The notes: generated by a model not told the origin, from the letters alone. A stretch of DNA of 63,307 nt, filler included, from Octopus bimaculoides (GCF_001194135.2; 3 parts of 3 records of this genome joined end to end with filler, not necessarily neighbours in it), one strand, 5' to 3'. Counted from the first letter of the whole stretch, positions 38,075-49,699 are shown. A program made the numbers and translations.

Positions 38075-38270
38075 TTACTTGTTTCAGTGACTGGATAGCG
38101 GTCAAGCTGGGGCAACGCCTTGGAGAACTTCAAGTCGAACAAATCGATTCCAGTACTTAGTTTTTAAGCCAAATACTTATTCTATCGATCTCTTTTGTTG
38201 GACAGCTATATTACAGCGACGTAAACAAACTGACACAGGTTTTCAAGCGGTAATGGAAGACAATCACATA
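38075..38270 (-). mobile_element. SINE family A, 3-prime half
   Basis: cttacttgtttcagtga...aagtcgaacaaatcga...tacttattctatcg...gacgtaaac. Confidence 0.75.
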
Positions 38271-38570
38271 CACAAAGACACATACACACTCACAAACACA
38301 TACACACACATATATAAATATACAAACATGTATATACAATATATGTATGTATGTATACCTATATATAAGGGTAAAATTTATTGAAATGATAATTTATACC
38401 AGTGGTTAGCAGGCGTAATTATAGTCAGAAGACATACATATTTTTATAATATAAGAGTGTATAAAAATTTATACACGGAGAGAAGACCATCTTGTGGACT
38501 TCTTACATGCTAAAAAGGACAGTCAAGTCCTAAACCACGAAAAAGACATTCTTATTAATGACACATTGCT

Positions 38571-38899
38571 TGTAGGCGAGCAGGACACTTGAAAGAATAA
38601 AAATCTCATTTCACTCTATAGAGTTCTCTCTTATGCTGTGGCGGTGTTCCGCGTCTTATTATTTTTGACTCGTCTATCGGGCTATCGTTCCGCAAGACAA
38701 TGACTTTGAAACGCCAGCCTTGGTGCTAACATGAACTCGTATATATTACGTAACAAACACTGACTCCAACTGAAAACTCGCACAATGAGCGACTTTACTA
38801 CTACTGACCTTCTACAACAACTGACTGTCTGACTTTATAGTGGCTCACTCATTCATACCACTTTGTCGCGCGGGAAAGGGGAATACTATCTTCACGACA
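38571..38899 (-). mobile_element. Possible solo LTR
   Basis: Minus strand starts TGT and ends ACA, with tataaa and an aataataa motif; no TSD found. Confidence 0.3.
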
Positions 38900-38928
38900 A
38901 CGGTATGTCAGAATGTATGAATGTATAA

Positions 38929-39158
38929 GGCGGCAAAGGTTGGCAAAAACGTTAGCGCGCCGGACGAGATGCTTAGCGGTATTTCGTTTGCCGTTACGTT
39001 CTAAGTTCAAATTCCGCCGAGGTCGACTTTGCTTTTCATCCTTTCGAGGTCGATTAAATAAGTACCAGTTACGCCCTGGGTCGATATAATCGACTTAATC
39101 CGTTTGTCTGTCCTTGTTTGTCCCCTCTGTGTGTAGCTCCTTGTGGGAAGTAAAGAAA
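38929..39158 (+). mobile_element. SINE B monomer, left-arm type, with 11-bp TSD
   Basis: tatgaatgtat at 38916-38926 and 39159-39169. Confidence 0.9.
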
Positions 39159-39214
39159 TATGAATGTATGTTCTTTTCTGTTTTTAATTATTTGAAATAA
39201 TAATTTTAATTATT

Positions 39215-39640
39215 TTTAAATAAAAAAAGGAGCTGGTTTCTAACGAAGATACAAAAGCTCCTGCATTGGCATGTAGATATCAAAAACAAATTCACATTTG
39301 AAACTTGAGAAAAGTCTTGTATATTTTAACTGTACCATTTACAGATTGTACTTGTAATGTGAAAGTTAGTTGGTTGATTTCTTTGCTAAAACCTCCAGCT
39401 TTTCTAAAATGTCAATTAGGTATTTACTCACAAAACCAAGTGCAGTCATCATTTCCTTAATCTACACCCTTCTCATTTTCCCTATTTGTCTCCGATGACG
39501 GAATAAGCCATACTCTGGGTTATCCCAGAAACAGCTGTAAGACTTTGAATTTTTCCAATAATAATGATTATGTATATGACTGGAGATGTTTACCTTGCCT
39601 TAACGTTTGTTGTCCTCTTTAACAATTATATATCCGCTAT
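39215..39640 (+). mobile_element. Penelope-like element 3-prime terminus (ORF end plus hammerhead)
   Basis: NKK.ELVS...CRYQ/NKFTF resembles the Penelope ORF end LNKRSELVS.CRH.NKF; hammerhead motif about 190 nt downstream. Confidence 0.6.
39488..39543 (+). ncRNA. Minimal type I hammerhead motif (U4 to C change)
   Basis: Stem I gucu/agac, CCGAUGA, stem II ggaauaagcc/ggguuauccc, GAAAC, palindromic ACAGCUGU stem III, GUA triplet. Confidence 0.7.
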
Positions 39641-39644
39641 ATCG

Positions 39645-39830
39645 GAAATCTGTAATGGCTCCATAATTTACAGAAAAGCAAAAGACGAAAACAGGTGTAT
39701 AAACAACAAGAAAGTGTATTAGTTTGACGCTCGGGAAGGTGAGAAAGTCTTTTACGTTTCGAGCCTACGCTCTTCAACAGAAAGGAACACAGGGAAATAA
39801 ACAGAGAGAGAATAAAACAAAAAAATATGG
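39645..39830 (-). mobile_element. Hammerhead-bearing (Penelope-type) terminal repeat, family shared with 48195-48335
   Basis: Reverse complement shares ctttctgttgaagagcgtag(g)ctcgaaacgt.aaagactttc...ttcccgagcgtca.actaataca with 48195-48335. Confidence 0.7.
39749..39784 (-). ncRNA. Minimal type I hammerhead variant with CUGUUGA core
   Basis: cuuu-CUGUUGA-A-GAGC-guag-GCUC-GAAAC-GUA-aaag. Confidence 0.65.
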
Positions 39831-39958
39831 ATTTAGCAGCCAATCGTGGCGATATATATCAATTTGACGTTCAAAGGCTTTAGGTTGATTTTTGTGACAC
39901 CATTCAAGTCTTTCTTATGTTACTGCTGCCGCTTATTCAAGAGTAATTCTGGAAAGTA

Positions 39959-40028
<70 letters not shown>

Positions 40029-40244
40029 GTGTGTGCAAATACAATAAAACCACCATAAACAGCTATGGCAGAAATTTTCAAAATTAGTGCAACCTTACAA
40101 GAACGAGAGGTTCAATGACGGCCGACCCATAAGACACGAGATTATACAGGTAAGATACGAAAGGTTCACATTCACCAATACACGCACACAAAGACATACA
40201 TAAACCTGGTTCTTATTTTATCGGAGTCTTTTGCCCAATCACTA

Positions 40245-40378
40245 CGTTACGTAAACACACCAGCACCAGTTGTCAATTGTAGAAGATATTTGCCCAAGAT
40301 GCCACGCAGTGAGACTGAACAGTGAAGCAAGAACCAAGCGGTTGGGAGCCAAACTTCTTACCATACAGCCACACCTAT
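40245..40378 (-). mobile_element. SINE family A, internally deleted
   Basis: Head and cttgggcaaat domain joined directly to gacaactggtgctggtgtgtttacgt. Confidence 0.65.
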
Positions 40379-41373
40379 ACATGCTTACATACACACACAT
40401 ACATACATAGATACATACATATATATACATTATATATATGTATGCATGTATGTATGTATGTTTATATGTATATACACACTATACACGCAGTTATGCCATA
40501 ATTAATATATATTTTTGTAGTGACACAATCCTTTACTTTTTTGTTCGATGTAAAAAAAAACCAACAACAACAACATTGTTTTTCATTTCTGATTTCTGCT
40601 TTTTCTGCTTTTCTGCATTATCGATCTAATAATAGGGATTCGATATGTCATATTGAAAAATTGTGTTTATTGTTAAGATTAACAAGACAAGAATGTGTGG
40701 GATATAGCAGAATACCGAATGGAATTGACAGGACAGATTAATTCAAAGATTTTAGCTCTGTCCCTCTATCTCTCAGTCCTTCTGTCTCTCAGTTCGTTTG
40801 TCTCTCTGTCCTTCTGTCTGGATGTCTGTCTGTCTATCTCTGCTTTTCTCTCTCTCTCTCCCCCCTCTTTCTCTCTCTCTCTCTCTTTCTTTGTGAAGGA
40901 TCTTCCTTGTAAGTTGTGTATTGCTACGGTTTGTGGTGTATTGGGATGTATTGTGATTTCTTGTGTTCTGATGTGATGTGTTGGGACGTGCTGTGATATG
41001 TTGAGATGTGTTGTGAGATATGTTGGTGATGTGTTTCGGTGTGTCGTGTTGTAATGTGCCGGTTACGTGTTGTGAAATGCCTGATGTGTTGTGAAGCTTT
41101 GACCGAGCAGGCTTGTAATTATGGGCATTTTTTACGCGTATGTAGAGATATTAGTTTCATATTTTGCAACAAGGCCAGAAGCGTATGCAATAATATTATT
41201 ATCAGATATGAACTGTACTTCTACAAAGGGAAATGTGTGGAATTTGAAGGAGATTTGACTAATATTTTCAGCAGCTTGAGAGACCATGTAGATTTTCCTA
41301 CGTTGACTGAGCATCATTGAAAAGGTTTCATCGTTGCCCGAGGGACCGTGTAAGGAATTTCTCATTGACTAAG

Positions 41374-41618
41374 ACAATTACAATGAAAACAATGATTAAT
41401 ATATCTGCATACTTTTTATTTCTACAGTCTGCTATGCAGCATATTTGGTTTACGCGTGTCCGATGTACGTTTCTGCTACATAGACAACCACCAATTGCAT
41501 GATGTCATGCAGCAGAAACGTGCGTCGGACACATTTGAATCAAATATGCTGTATAATTGACTGCAGAAATAAAAAAAAATTATGCAGATGAACTAATCTC
41601 CGTATTCATAGCAATTGT
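41374..41618. repeat. Fold-back inverted repeat (about 113-bp arms, 16-nt spacer)
   Basis: cagcatatttg...gtgtccga...acgtttctgct..cat.gaca pairs with its reverse complement at 41503-41551; pairing continues outward to acaatt/aattgt. Confidence 0.85.
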
Positions 41619-41784
41619 ATTGAAATACACTCGGTAAAACATTTTAATCCGGCGAAGTGAACCCAGGATTAAATGAGTAACTTAGGTGCCCCTCACAAGT
41701 CGATGCGGTTAGCCATAACCTGGATTATAAGTGAGTGCTAGTACGGTACCCGCCTGGATAATTTATCCCTATCTATTCGTTAAA

Positions 41785-42077
41785 CTCTTTCATACGTTTC
41801 AACCCAAAGGCTGTGGCCATGGGGGAGCACAGCCAGTATAATCACTTTTTCAATGGCCATTCTTATGGGAATTTTAGTGAAGGAGGGAATTCGACATTGT
41901 TGCCCTCTTTTGAGCTTCTTGCTGTTAGGTAGGTTCATCTGGAACCTTGGATAGTAGGAGGTCAAGTTGTTCCTTGAAAACATCTAGCCCTACTCTATGA
42001 AAATCTCACCGATGTTTTATCAAGGCATTAAACAACTGTGGGCCCTTGAATCCCAGGCTGCTGCAGTACATGGCCCT
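41785..42077 (-). mobile_element. CR1-like LINE 3-prime end remnant
   Basis: RAMYCSSLGFKGPQLFNALIKHR*DFHRVGLDVFKEQLDLLLSKVPDEPT resembles CR1/L2-group ORF2 C-termini (G.RLFN.LP...FK..LD.FL..VPDEP); short 3-prime UTR follows. Confidence 0.8.
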
Positions 42078-42130
<53 letters not shown>

Positions 42131-42435
42131 NNNNNNNNNNNNNNNNNNNNNNNNNNNNNNNNNNNNNNNNNNNNNNNNNNNNNNNNNNNNNNNNNNNNNN
42201 NNNNNNNNNNNNNNNNNNNNNNNNNNNNNNNNNNNNNNNNNNNNNNNNNNNNNNNNNNNNNNNNNNNNNNNNNNNNNNNNNNNNNNNNNNNNNNNNNNNN
42301 NNNNNNNNNNNNNNNNNNNNNNNNNNNNNNNNNNNNNNNNNNNNNNNNNNNNNNNNNNNNNNNNNNNNNNNNNNNNNNNNNNNNNNNNNNNNNNNNNNNN
42401 NNNNNNNNNNNNNNNNATAGAGAGAGAGAGAGAGA

Positions 42436-42489
<54 letters not shown>

Positions 42490-42494
42490 ACTTT

Positions 42495-42670
42495 GATTTT
42501 GTGTCTATCCTCCATCACTGCTTGAAAACCGGTATTAGTTGGTTTACGTACCCGTAACTTGGCAGTTTGGCAATAAGAGAAAGGTAGACTAAATACCAGG
42601 CTTAAAAGCAAATACTGAGATCGATTTGTTCGATAAAACCCTTCAAGGCGGTGCTCCAGCATGGCCGAAA
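42495..42670 (+). mobile_element. SINE family A, 3-prime half
   Basis: ccatcactgcttgaaaaccgg...cccgtaacttggcag...cttcaaggcggtgctccagcatggcc. Confidence 0.8.
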
Positions 42671-43271
42671 TCCAGAAGACGTTTAAGAATTTGGTTATAA
42701 TATAAAAAATGGCAATTACTAGAAATTGAAACAAATGGATTTGACGGATTTTTAAATTAAAATCTCTGACCAAATTTGAATAAAAGTTTCATTTATATAA
42801 TTCCTAATAAAAGATATATATTCTAAATTAAAAGAATTGATTTCTTCACCGAAATATTCCAATTCTTATGCCATTAAATGATATTCCACATTTAGCAAAT
42901 TTATACCTATGTAATTTTGGAAACTAAAGGACCAAAAATTTCGAAAACAAAAAAGTTAATATTTTAATTGTGAAAATATAAATTTAATTTCATAGATATA
43001 GATGTTGTCATCGCTATTAATACTGACAGATTTTAAAAGAATTATTTTGAAATAATAATCTATGGGACTGAATTACATGCGAAGGAAATAAGATATAATG
43101 AAATATCGACCAATAGACGTTGAACAATAGAAAATAGATCGATAAACTGTATAAGAAATGAAATAATTAACAATTTTATTTGCAATGAATGGCATAGCGT
43201 AAATATAGTACGCCTTGTGAAATATTCTATTTAAAAGTATATATATATGCGCGCGCGCGCGTGTGCGTGAC

Positions 43272-43590
43272 GGCGCGTGGCTTAGTGGTTAGGGCATTCG
43301 GCTCACGATCGTAAAGTCGTTAGTTCAATTCCCAGCGACGCGTTGTGTCCTTGAGCAAGACACTTTATTTCACGTTGCTCCAGTACACTCAGCTGGCAAA
43401 AATGAGCAGCACCTGTATTTCAAAGGGCCAGCCATGTCACACTCTGTGTCACGCTGAATCTCCCTGAGAACTACGAGAAGTGTACACGTGTCTGTGGAGT
43501 GTTCAGCCACTTGCACGTTAATTTCATGAGCAGGCTGTTCCATTGATCGTATCAGCTGGGACCCTCGTCGTCGTAACCGACGGAGTGCTC
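43272..43590 (+). mobile_element. SINE family D, full length
   Basis: A box tggcttagtggtt, B box agttcaattccc, gtgtccttgagcaagacact domain, tail shared with family C. Confidence 0.9.
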
Positions 43591-43692
43591 TTACTATATA
43601 TATATATATATATATATATATGTTTGACGTTTCGAGCATATATACATGTCTATATATCCATATACATAAATATGTATGCATGTATGTATGTA

Positions 43693-43783
<91 letters not shown>

Positions 43784-44314
43784 TAAACATATACTCACAC
43801 ACACACACAAACACATACATATACAATCACGTAACTCCCACACATAGATTTACGCATGCGCACACCTTATACACCTACCAGACCTATAAACTGAACAAAA
43901 CAGACGACTCGCGGGAAGGAATTGTTTTTAATCAGACTTGAATATATTTGAAAGACAAGACGCTTTGCTATTATTCTCTGCTGGCTTAGAACTACCATTT
44001 CTATTGAAGAAACTACGTTGCAGGGGTTGCCATTTGACAAGGTGAATGCTTCGATGACTGAAGTAATTCTAGAAGAATTAAATGATGAATTTGTTTAGCA
44101 ACTAAGATGTCATCTCATATCGAACGATGATTGAGTTAGTGCTAAATTTTATGCGAGAATCGATAATTTTCTCAACGGACTCAATCATAAAGCATTTAAA
44201 ATATTGTTTGTTTGTTGGTTGCTTGTCTTTCTTATTGTTGTTATTTAAACTAGTAGGAAATTTGATTAAGAAATGTGAGAATAACAATAACAATAGCAAA
44301 AGTGATTTAAAACG

Positions 44315-44434
44315 ATGACAACAACCATAACCACCACCACCACCACCACCGCAACAACAACAACAACACCACCACCAACAATAATAATAATGATAATAAA
44401 GACACAGGCACAAGCAGAAAAAATAGGGGCCTGG

Positions 44435-44494
<60 letters not shown>

Positions 44495-44579
44495 CATTAT
44501 TATTATTATTACTATTATCACCATAATCACAATGGAGATGATCGCCATCGTAGTTGTCGTCGTCGTTCTCCCCCTCCCC

Positions 44580-44610
<31 letters not shown>

Positions 44611-44702
44611 GTATTATTATTATTATTATTATTATCATTATTATTATTATTATTATTATCATCATTATTATTATTATTAGTAGTAGTAGTAGCAGTAGTA
44701 GT
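44315..44702. repeat. Compound trinucleotide microsatellites (CCA, ACA, ATT, CAT, AGT)
   Basis: Direct reading. Confidence 0.9.
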
Positions 44703-44949
44703 ATGTCAGATTGATTATGCGTGGTTTTATGGTTTTCACATGACTTGTCGATGTGTAAACATTCGGATTGTTGGATTAAAAGCGAAAATATATGAAGAGC
44801 AAAAAAAAAAAAAAATTCATGATTGTGAATTTAATGAACTGTGATAATTAGTAATTAAATATGTAAACTGGAAAATAGAGAGACGTATTTAAACAAATAT
44901 AGGCCAACGATAACAGCGACAACAACAAGAGCTACATCAATATTAATGT

Positions 44950-45105
44950 GACTGTGTGGTACGAGCTTTGCTTCCAAACCACATGGTTCCGCGTTCAGTC
45001 CCACTGCGCGCTACCTTGGGCAGGTGTTTTCTGCTACAGCCTCGGGCCGAGCAAAGCCGTGTGAGGAGATTTGATAGACGGAAACTGAAAGAATCCCGTG
45101 GAATA
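44950..45105 (+). mobile_element. SINE family A, 5-prime half
   Basis: ctgtgtggtacgag...gttcagtccc...ccttgggcaggtg...ggaaactgaaagaatcccg. Confidence 0.85.
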
Positions 45106-45179
45106 CACATACATACACTTACACACATACATACACTTACACACATATATATGTGTGTGAGTTTGTGTATATCTTGTAA

Positions 45180-45475
45180 AGACGGACAAAATGCCGCTAA
45201 GCGTTTCGCCCGGTGCACGACCGATTATGCCAGCTCGCCGCCTTCGTATGTATCACCAATATCCTTTCTACTATAGGCACAGAGCCTGAAATTTGAGGGG
45301 AGGGGACTAGTCGATTACATCAACCCCAGTGTTTCATTGGTACTTGATTTATCGACGCCGAAAGGATGAAAGGGAAAGTCGACCTTGGCGGAATTTGAAT
45401 TCAGAACGTAAAGACGGACAATATACCGCTAAGCGTTTCCCCCGGCGCGCTACCGATTCTGCCAGCTCGACACCT
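45180..45475 (-). mobile_element. SINE B full copy plus adjacent second head fragment
   Basis: Full unit 45264-45474 bracketed by ttc(g/a)tatgtatcacc(a/g)atatc direct repeats; head fragment 45180-45243. Confidence 0.85.
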
Positions 45476-45614
45476 TCATATGTATCACCGATATCAACAA
45501 CAATATTAACGTAAAAAATACAGAATCAGAATAATAATCACACTGATGTAAATAACAGCAACGACAAGAAGAACAATATTAATGTCGTGAGGCAATATTC
45601 GCTCTCAAATCGAC

Positions 45615-45817
45615 GTGGATGTTCTATTAGAACAATCTTTACTGCGGTAGTTGCTATGAGAAAAACTCTCATATTGGATATTTTGGTTCAAAATGCAGTC
45701 TTGTTTCTTATGCTGGTGGGGAGATAAAGACGATTGCATTTTGCACCAAAAAAGCCAATGTGAGAGTTTCTCTCGTGGTTTCTGCTGCCGCATAGTTTGT
45801 TCTAATATAACATCTAC
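45615..45817. repeat. Fold-back inverted repeat (about 95-bp arms, about 10-nt spacer)
   Basis: gtt.tattagaacaa...tgcgg.ag...gaga.aaactctca.attgg...ttttggt.caaaatgca.tc matches its own reverse complement. Confidence 0.85.
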
Positions 45818-46029
45818 ATTCAAGCGGAGATAGATATTACCTCTCAGTATTAATACGGCCTCTGTTGCTAAGATATATATGTGTTAACATCAGCATTAAC
45901 ATTGAAATCTAACAAAGAGCATTGACATAAACATCATCGACTTCATTAACAGCGTCAAAAACCAACTCGAACATAAAATTAATCAATTAAATTAAACAAA
46001 GAGTACGATTGTAATGATTTTAGATTTTA

Positions 46030-46232
46030 GCACAAAGCCAGGAAACTTTCAGCGGGAAGGGAATAAGTCGATTACATCGACCCCAGTGCTTGACTGGTAC
46101 TTGTTTTGTCGACTCGGAAAGGATGAAAGGCAAAGTCGATCTCAGCGGTATTTGAACTCAGAACGTAAAGACCAACGACATGCCACTAAGCATTTCGTCC
46201 GGCGTGCTTAACGATTCTGCCAGTTCGCCGCC
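46030..46232 (-). mobile_element. SINE family B
   Basis: Reverse complement has head ggcggcgaactggcagaatcg and B body. Confidence 0.85.
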
Positions 46233-46393
46233 ATTTTTGTAGATGCTAATATTGGGCTCACTTTGATAGCGATGCCGATGTCGATGTTAGGTTACGTTTG
46301 TGATGATGCTGGAGCTAATGTTGGTGTTGTTCATACTAAAGTACATGTTCTTGCTTTCGTAGGCGTCGTCGTCGTCGTCGTTGTTGTTGTTGT

Positions 46394-46427
<34 letters not shown>

Positions 46428-46562
46428 GGTGGTGACGGTGGTGGTGATGATGATGATGATAATGATAGTGCTTTTCATATCAGTGGTCAGTGTATTTTCA
46501 CTTTTGATGTTGTTAATGCAGTTGACGTGTATGATGTTAATGTTATTATATTTGTTCTTCTG

Positions 46563-46720
46563 AAGGTGGCGAGATTGTAGAATTGTTAGCACGTTGGGGA
46601 GGTGGGAAGGTGGGTCGTGAGTCGATTACATCGAACCCCAGTCTTTTTAAAAGGTACTTATTTTATCGACCCCAGAAAGAATGAAAGGCAAAGTCGACCT
46701 CGGCGGAATTCGAACTCAGA
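46563..46720. mobile_element. Rearranged SINE B (plus-strand head fragment then minus-strand body)
   Basis: ggtggcgagattgtagaattgttagcacg followed by gtcgattacatcgaacccc...gtcgacctcggcggaattcgaactc. Confidence 0.6.
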
Positions 46721-46834
46721 GCATCAACGATGACATCAGTTTCCCCAGAAAGAGTAAATAACATTAAAACATCAACATTATCAACATCATTATCAATAAC
46801 AACGCCAATTTATACTTCAAAACCAGAATCAAGG

Positions 46835-47055
46835 CGATATTGCGTGGTCTAGTGGTTAGGGTGTTACACGTACGCTCGCAACATCAATGTTTCGATATCC
46901 GGATTGGGCCGTGCGATGTTTTCTTGAACAAAACACTTCCTTTCACGTTGCACCAGTACCCTTAGCATAAATGAGTAACTCTGAGAGGGACTGGTGTCTC
47001 GTCCAGGGACAGTGTTTTGATCTCTGTCACTTATATGCCATGCGAACAGGTAATC
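46835..47055 (+). mobile_element. SINE family F
   Basis: A box tggtctagtggtt, gtttcgatatcc, ttcttgaacaaaacactt domain, gagagggactggtgtctcgtccaggg. Confidence 0.7.
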
Positions 47056-48047
47056 AGCTTTAGAGTGCTAAGATTTGGGACGGTAATAGTTGAGGCGGAC
47101 TTTACGTTTCTTTATCAGGATCACCGTCAACATAGATGACACAAACAATTAACTTAATATTAAATTCAACATCATCATCACAAGCAACATTAACATATGC
47201 TGCTCAAACTTTCGTGACTATCGCCCCATATGATTCGGTACAATTAAATTCATATTTCCATACATAGACACACACGCGCACACACATGAGGACGTCACCT
47301 AGCATTGCAGGTGGAGTGAGTGCCTTTATGGTATGTATGGTAATACACACAAAATTTAACAACGTCTTTTATAATTGCATTTTGGTTTATGTGAAATAAT
47401 TTACATGCATAGGTGGTATATATTTAGCTGTGTTTGTTTATTCACATTTTAAAGTCTATAAGTAATGTCGATGTTATTGTAGTAGATGTGACTGAGGCTG
47501 AAAAAGAGTTAGTTGCTAATTTCTGGCAAATCGTCCAACTACGTAAAAAAATTCCCGGCATTGGCTCATTCGAAAGAAAAGGGATAAGCAAAAGCTAAAG
47601 ACGCAAAAGATATTAGCGCTAAAATTTCTGTTTTAAATGTACGAGATGAGAAGAGTTTGCATTCAGTGACGGCCTGTGGAGAATTTAATTGAGAAAACTC
47701 ACCTAATCAGAACTCGAGATATAATGAAAGGTTAATAGTGAGTTAATTAGTTTTCAAATTTATTCTAGCAACGGTCGATAGCCATCAACATTTGCGTGTA
47801 CAAATGTTAGTCACATGTACGTCGTCGTATATTTAACGATCTATCTTTATATGACATACATTCATACATACATTCATACATACATACATATATATGTGCA
47901 TGTGTGTGTGCGTGTGTGAGTGTGTGTGCGTGTGTGAGTGTGTGTGCGTGTGTGAGTGTGTGTATCTGTCTGTAAATATGTGTGTGCATGCATGTGCATG
48001 TGCGTGAGCATGTGTGTGCATGTGTGTAAATGTGTCTGCGATATGTA

Positions 48048-48092
<45 letters not shown>

Positions 48093-48194
48093 GTATATAT
48101 GTATGTATGTACATATATAGGTAAATGTATATAATATGAATATCTCTACGTATATATACATGAATATATACATATATAGATATATAAACACATA

Positions 48195-48335
48195 CACACT
48201 CCGTATTCTTTCTGTTGAAGAGCGTAGCTCGAAACGTTAAAGACTTTCCGTATTCCCGAGCGTCATACTAATACATCCTTTTGTTGTTTACACCACCTGT
48301 CCTTGTTTGTTATTGTTTTTTCCGTACATTCTCCC
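48195..48335 (+). mobile_element. Hammerhead-bearing (Penelope-type) terminal repeat
   Basis: Homologous to the reverse complement of 39645-39830. Confidence 0.7.
48207..48243 (+). ncRNA. Minimal type I hammerhead variant with CUGUUGA core
   Basis: ucuuu-CUGUUGA-A-GAGC-gua-GCUC-GAAAC-GUU-aaaga; palindromic AACGUU at stem III. Confidence 0.65.
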
Positions 48336-49333
48336 ATATATATATATGAATATACATGTGTATATATATATATATATATATATNNNNNNNNNNNNNNNNN
48401 NNNNNNNNNNNNNNNNNNNNNNNNNNNNNNNNNNNNNNNNNNNNNNNNNNNNNNNNNNNNNNNNNNNNNNNNNNNNNNNNNNNNNNNNNNNNNNNNNNNN
48501 NNNNNNNNNNNNNNNNNNNNNNNNNNNNNNNNNNNNNNNNNNNNNNNNNNNNNNNNNNNNNNNNNNNNNNNNNNNNNNNNNNNNNNNNNNNNNNNNNNNN
48601 NNNNNNNNNNNNNNNNNNNNNNNNNNNNNNNNNNNNNNNNNNNNNNNNNNNNNNNNNNNNNNNNNNNNNNNNNNNNNNNNNNNNNNNNNNNNNNNNNNNN
48701 NNNNNNNNNNNNNNNNNNNNNNNNNNNNNNNNNNNNNNNNNNNNNNNNNNNNNNNNNNNNNNNNNNNNNNNNNNNNNNNNNNNNNNNNNNNNNNNNNNNN
48801 NNNNNNNNNNNNNNNNNNNNNNNNNNNNNNNNNNNNNNNNNNNNNNNNNNNNNNNNNNNNNNNNNNNNNNNNNNNNNNNNNNNNNNNNNNNNNNNNNNNN
48901 NNNNNNNNNNNNNNNNNNNNNNNNNNNNNNNNNNNNNNNNNNNNNNNNNNNNNNNNNNNNNNNNNNNNNNNNNNNNNNNNNNNNNNNNNNNNNNNNNNNN
49001 NNNNNNNNNNNNNNNNNNNNNNNNNNNNNNNNNNNNNNNNNNNNNNNNNNNNNNNNNNNNNNNNNNNNNNNNNNNNNNNNNNNNNNNNNNNNNNNNNNNN
49101 NNNNNNNNNNNNNNNNNNNNNNNNNNNNNNNNNNNNNNNNNNNNNNNNNNNNNNNNNNNNNNNNNNNNNNNNNNNNNNNNNNNNNNNNNNNNNNNNNNNN
49201 NNNNNNNNNNNNNNNNNNNNNNNNNNNNNNNNNNNNNNNNNNNNNNNNNNNNNNNNNNNNNNNNNNNNNNNNNNNNNNNNNNNNNNNNNNNNNNNNNNNN
49301 NNNNNNNNNNNNNNNNNNNNNNNNNNNNNNNNN

Positions 49334-49378
<45 letters not shown>

Positions 49379-49699
49379 CATACCCATGCAATGTCCATAT
49401 ATGTGTGTGTGTATGTGTGTGTGTGTTTGTATGTATGTTTTGTTATTTTTCCGTTAAGATCAACAAAATGTACTCCTTCCAGTGAAAGATAAATATTATT
49501 TATTGTACACAGTATACAGTTACAAGCTACTAATAGTGTCATACATTGGATATTTAGTCTAGGCAAAGTTTAATAATACGCCTTGTGTACCCATACTGTC
49601 TCTACGCTCTGAGCGCATGACTTATACAATTCACAAATCAAAACTCTACAACAAAAGAAATCGCGAGAAAAAACGAGAAAAAACGAGAAGGTGGATGCA

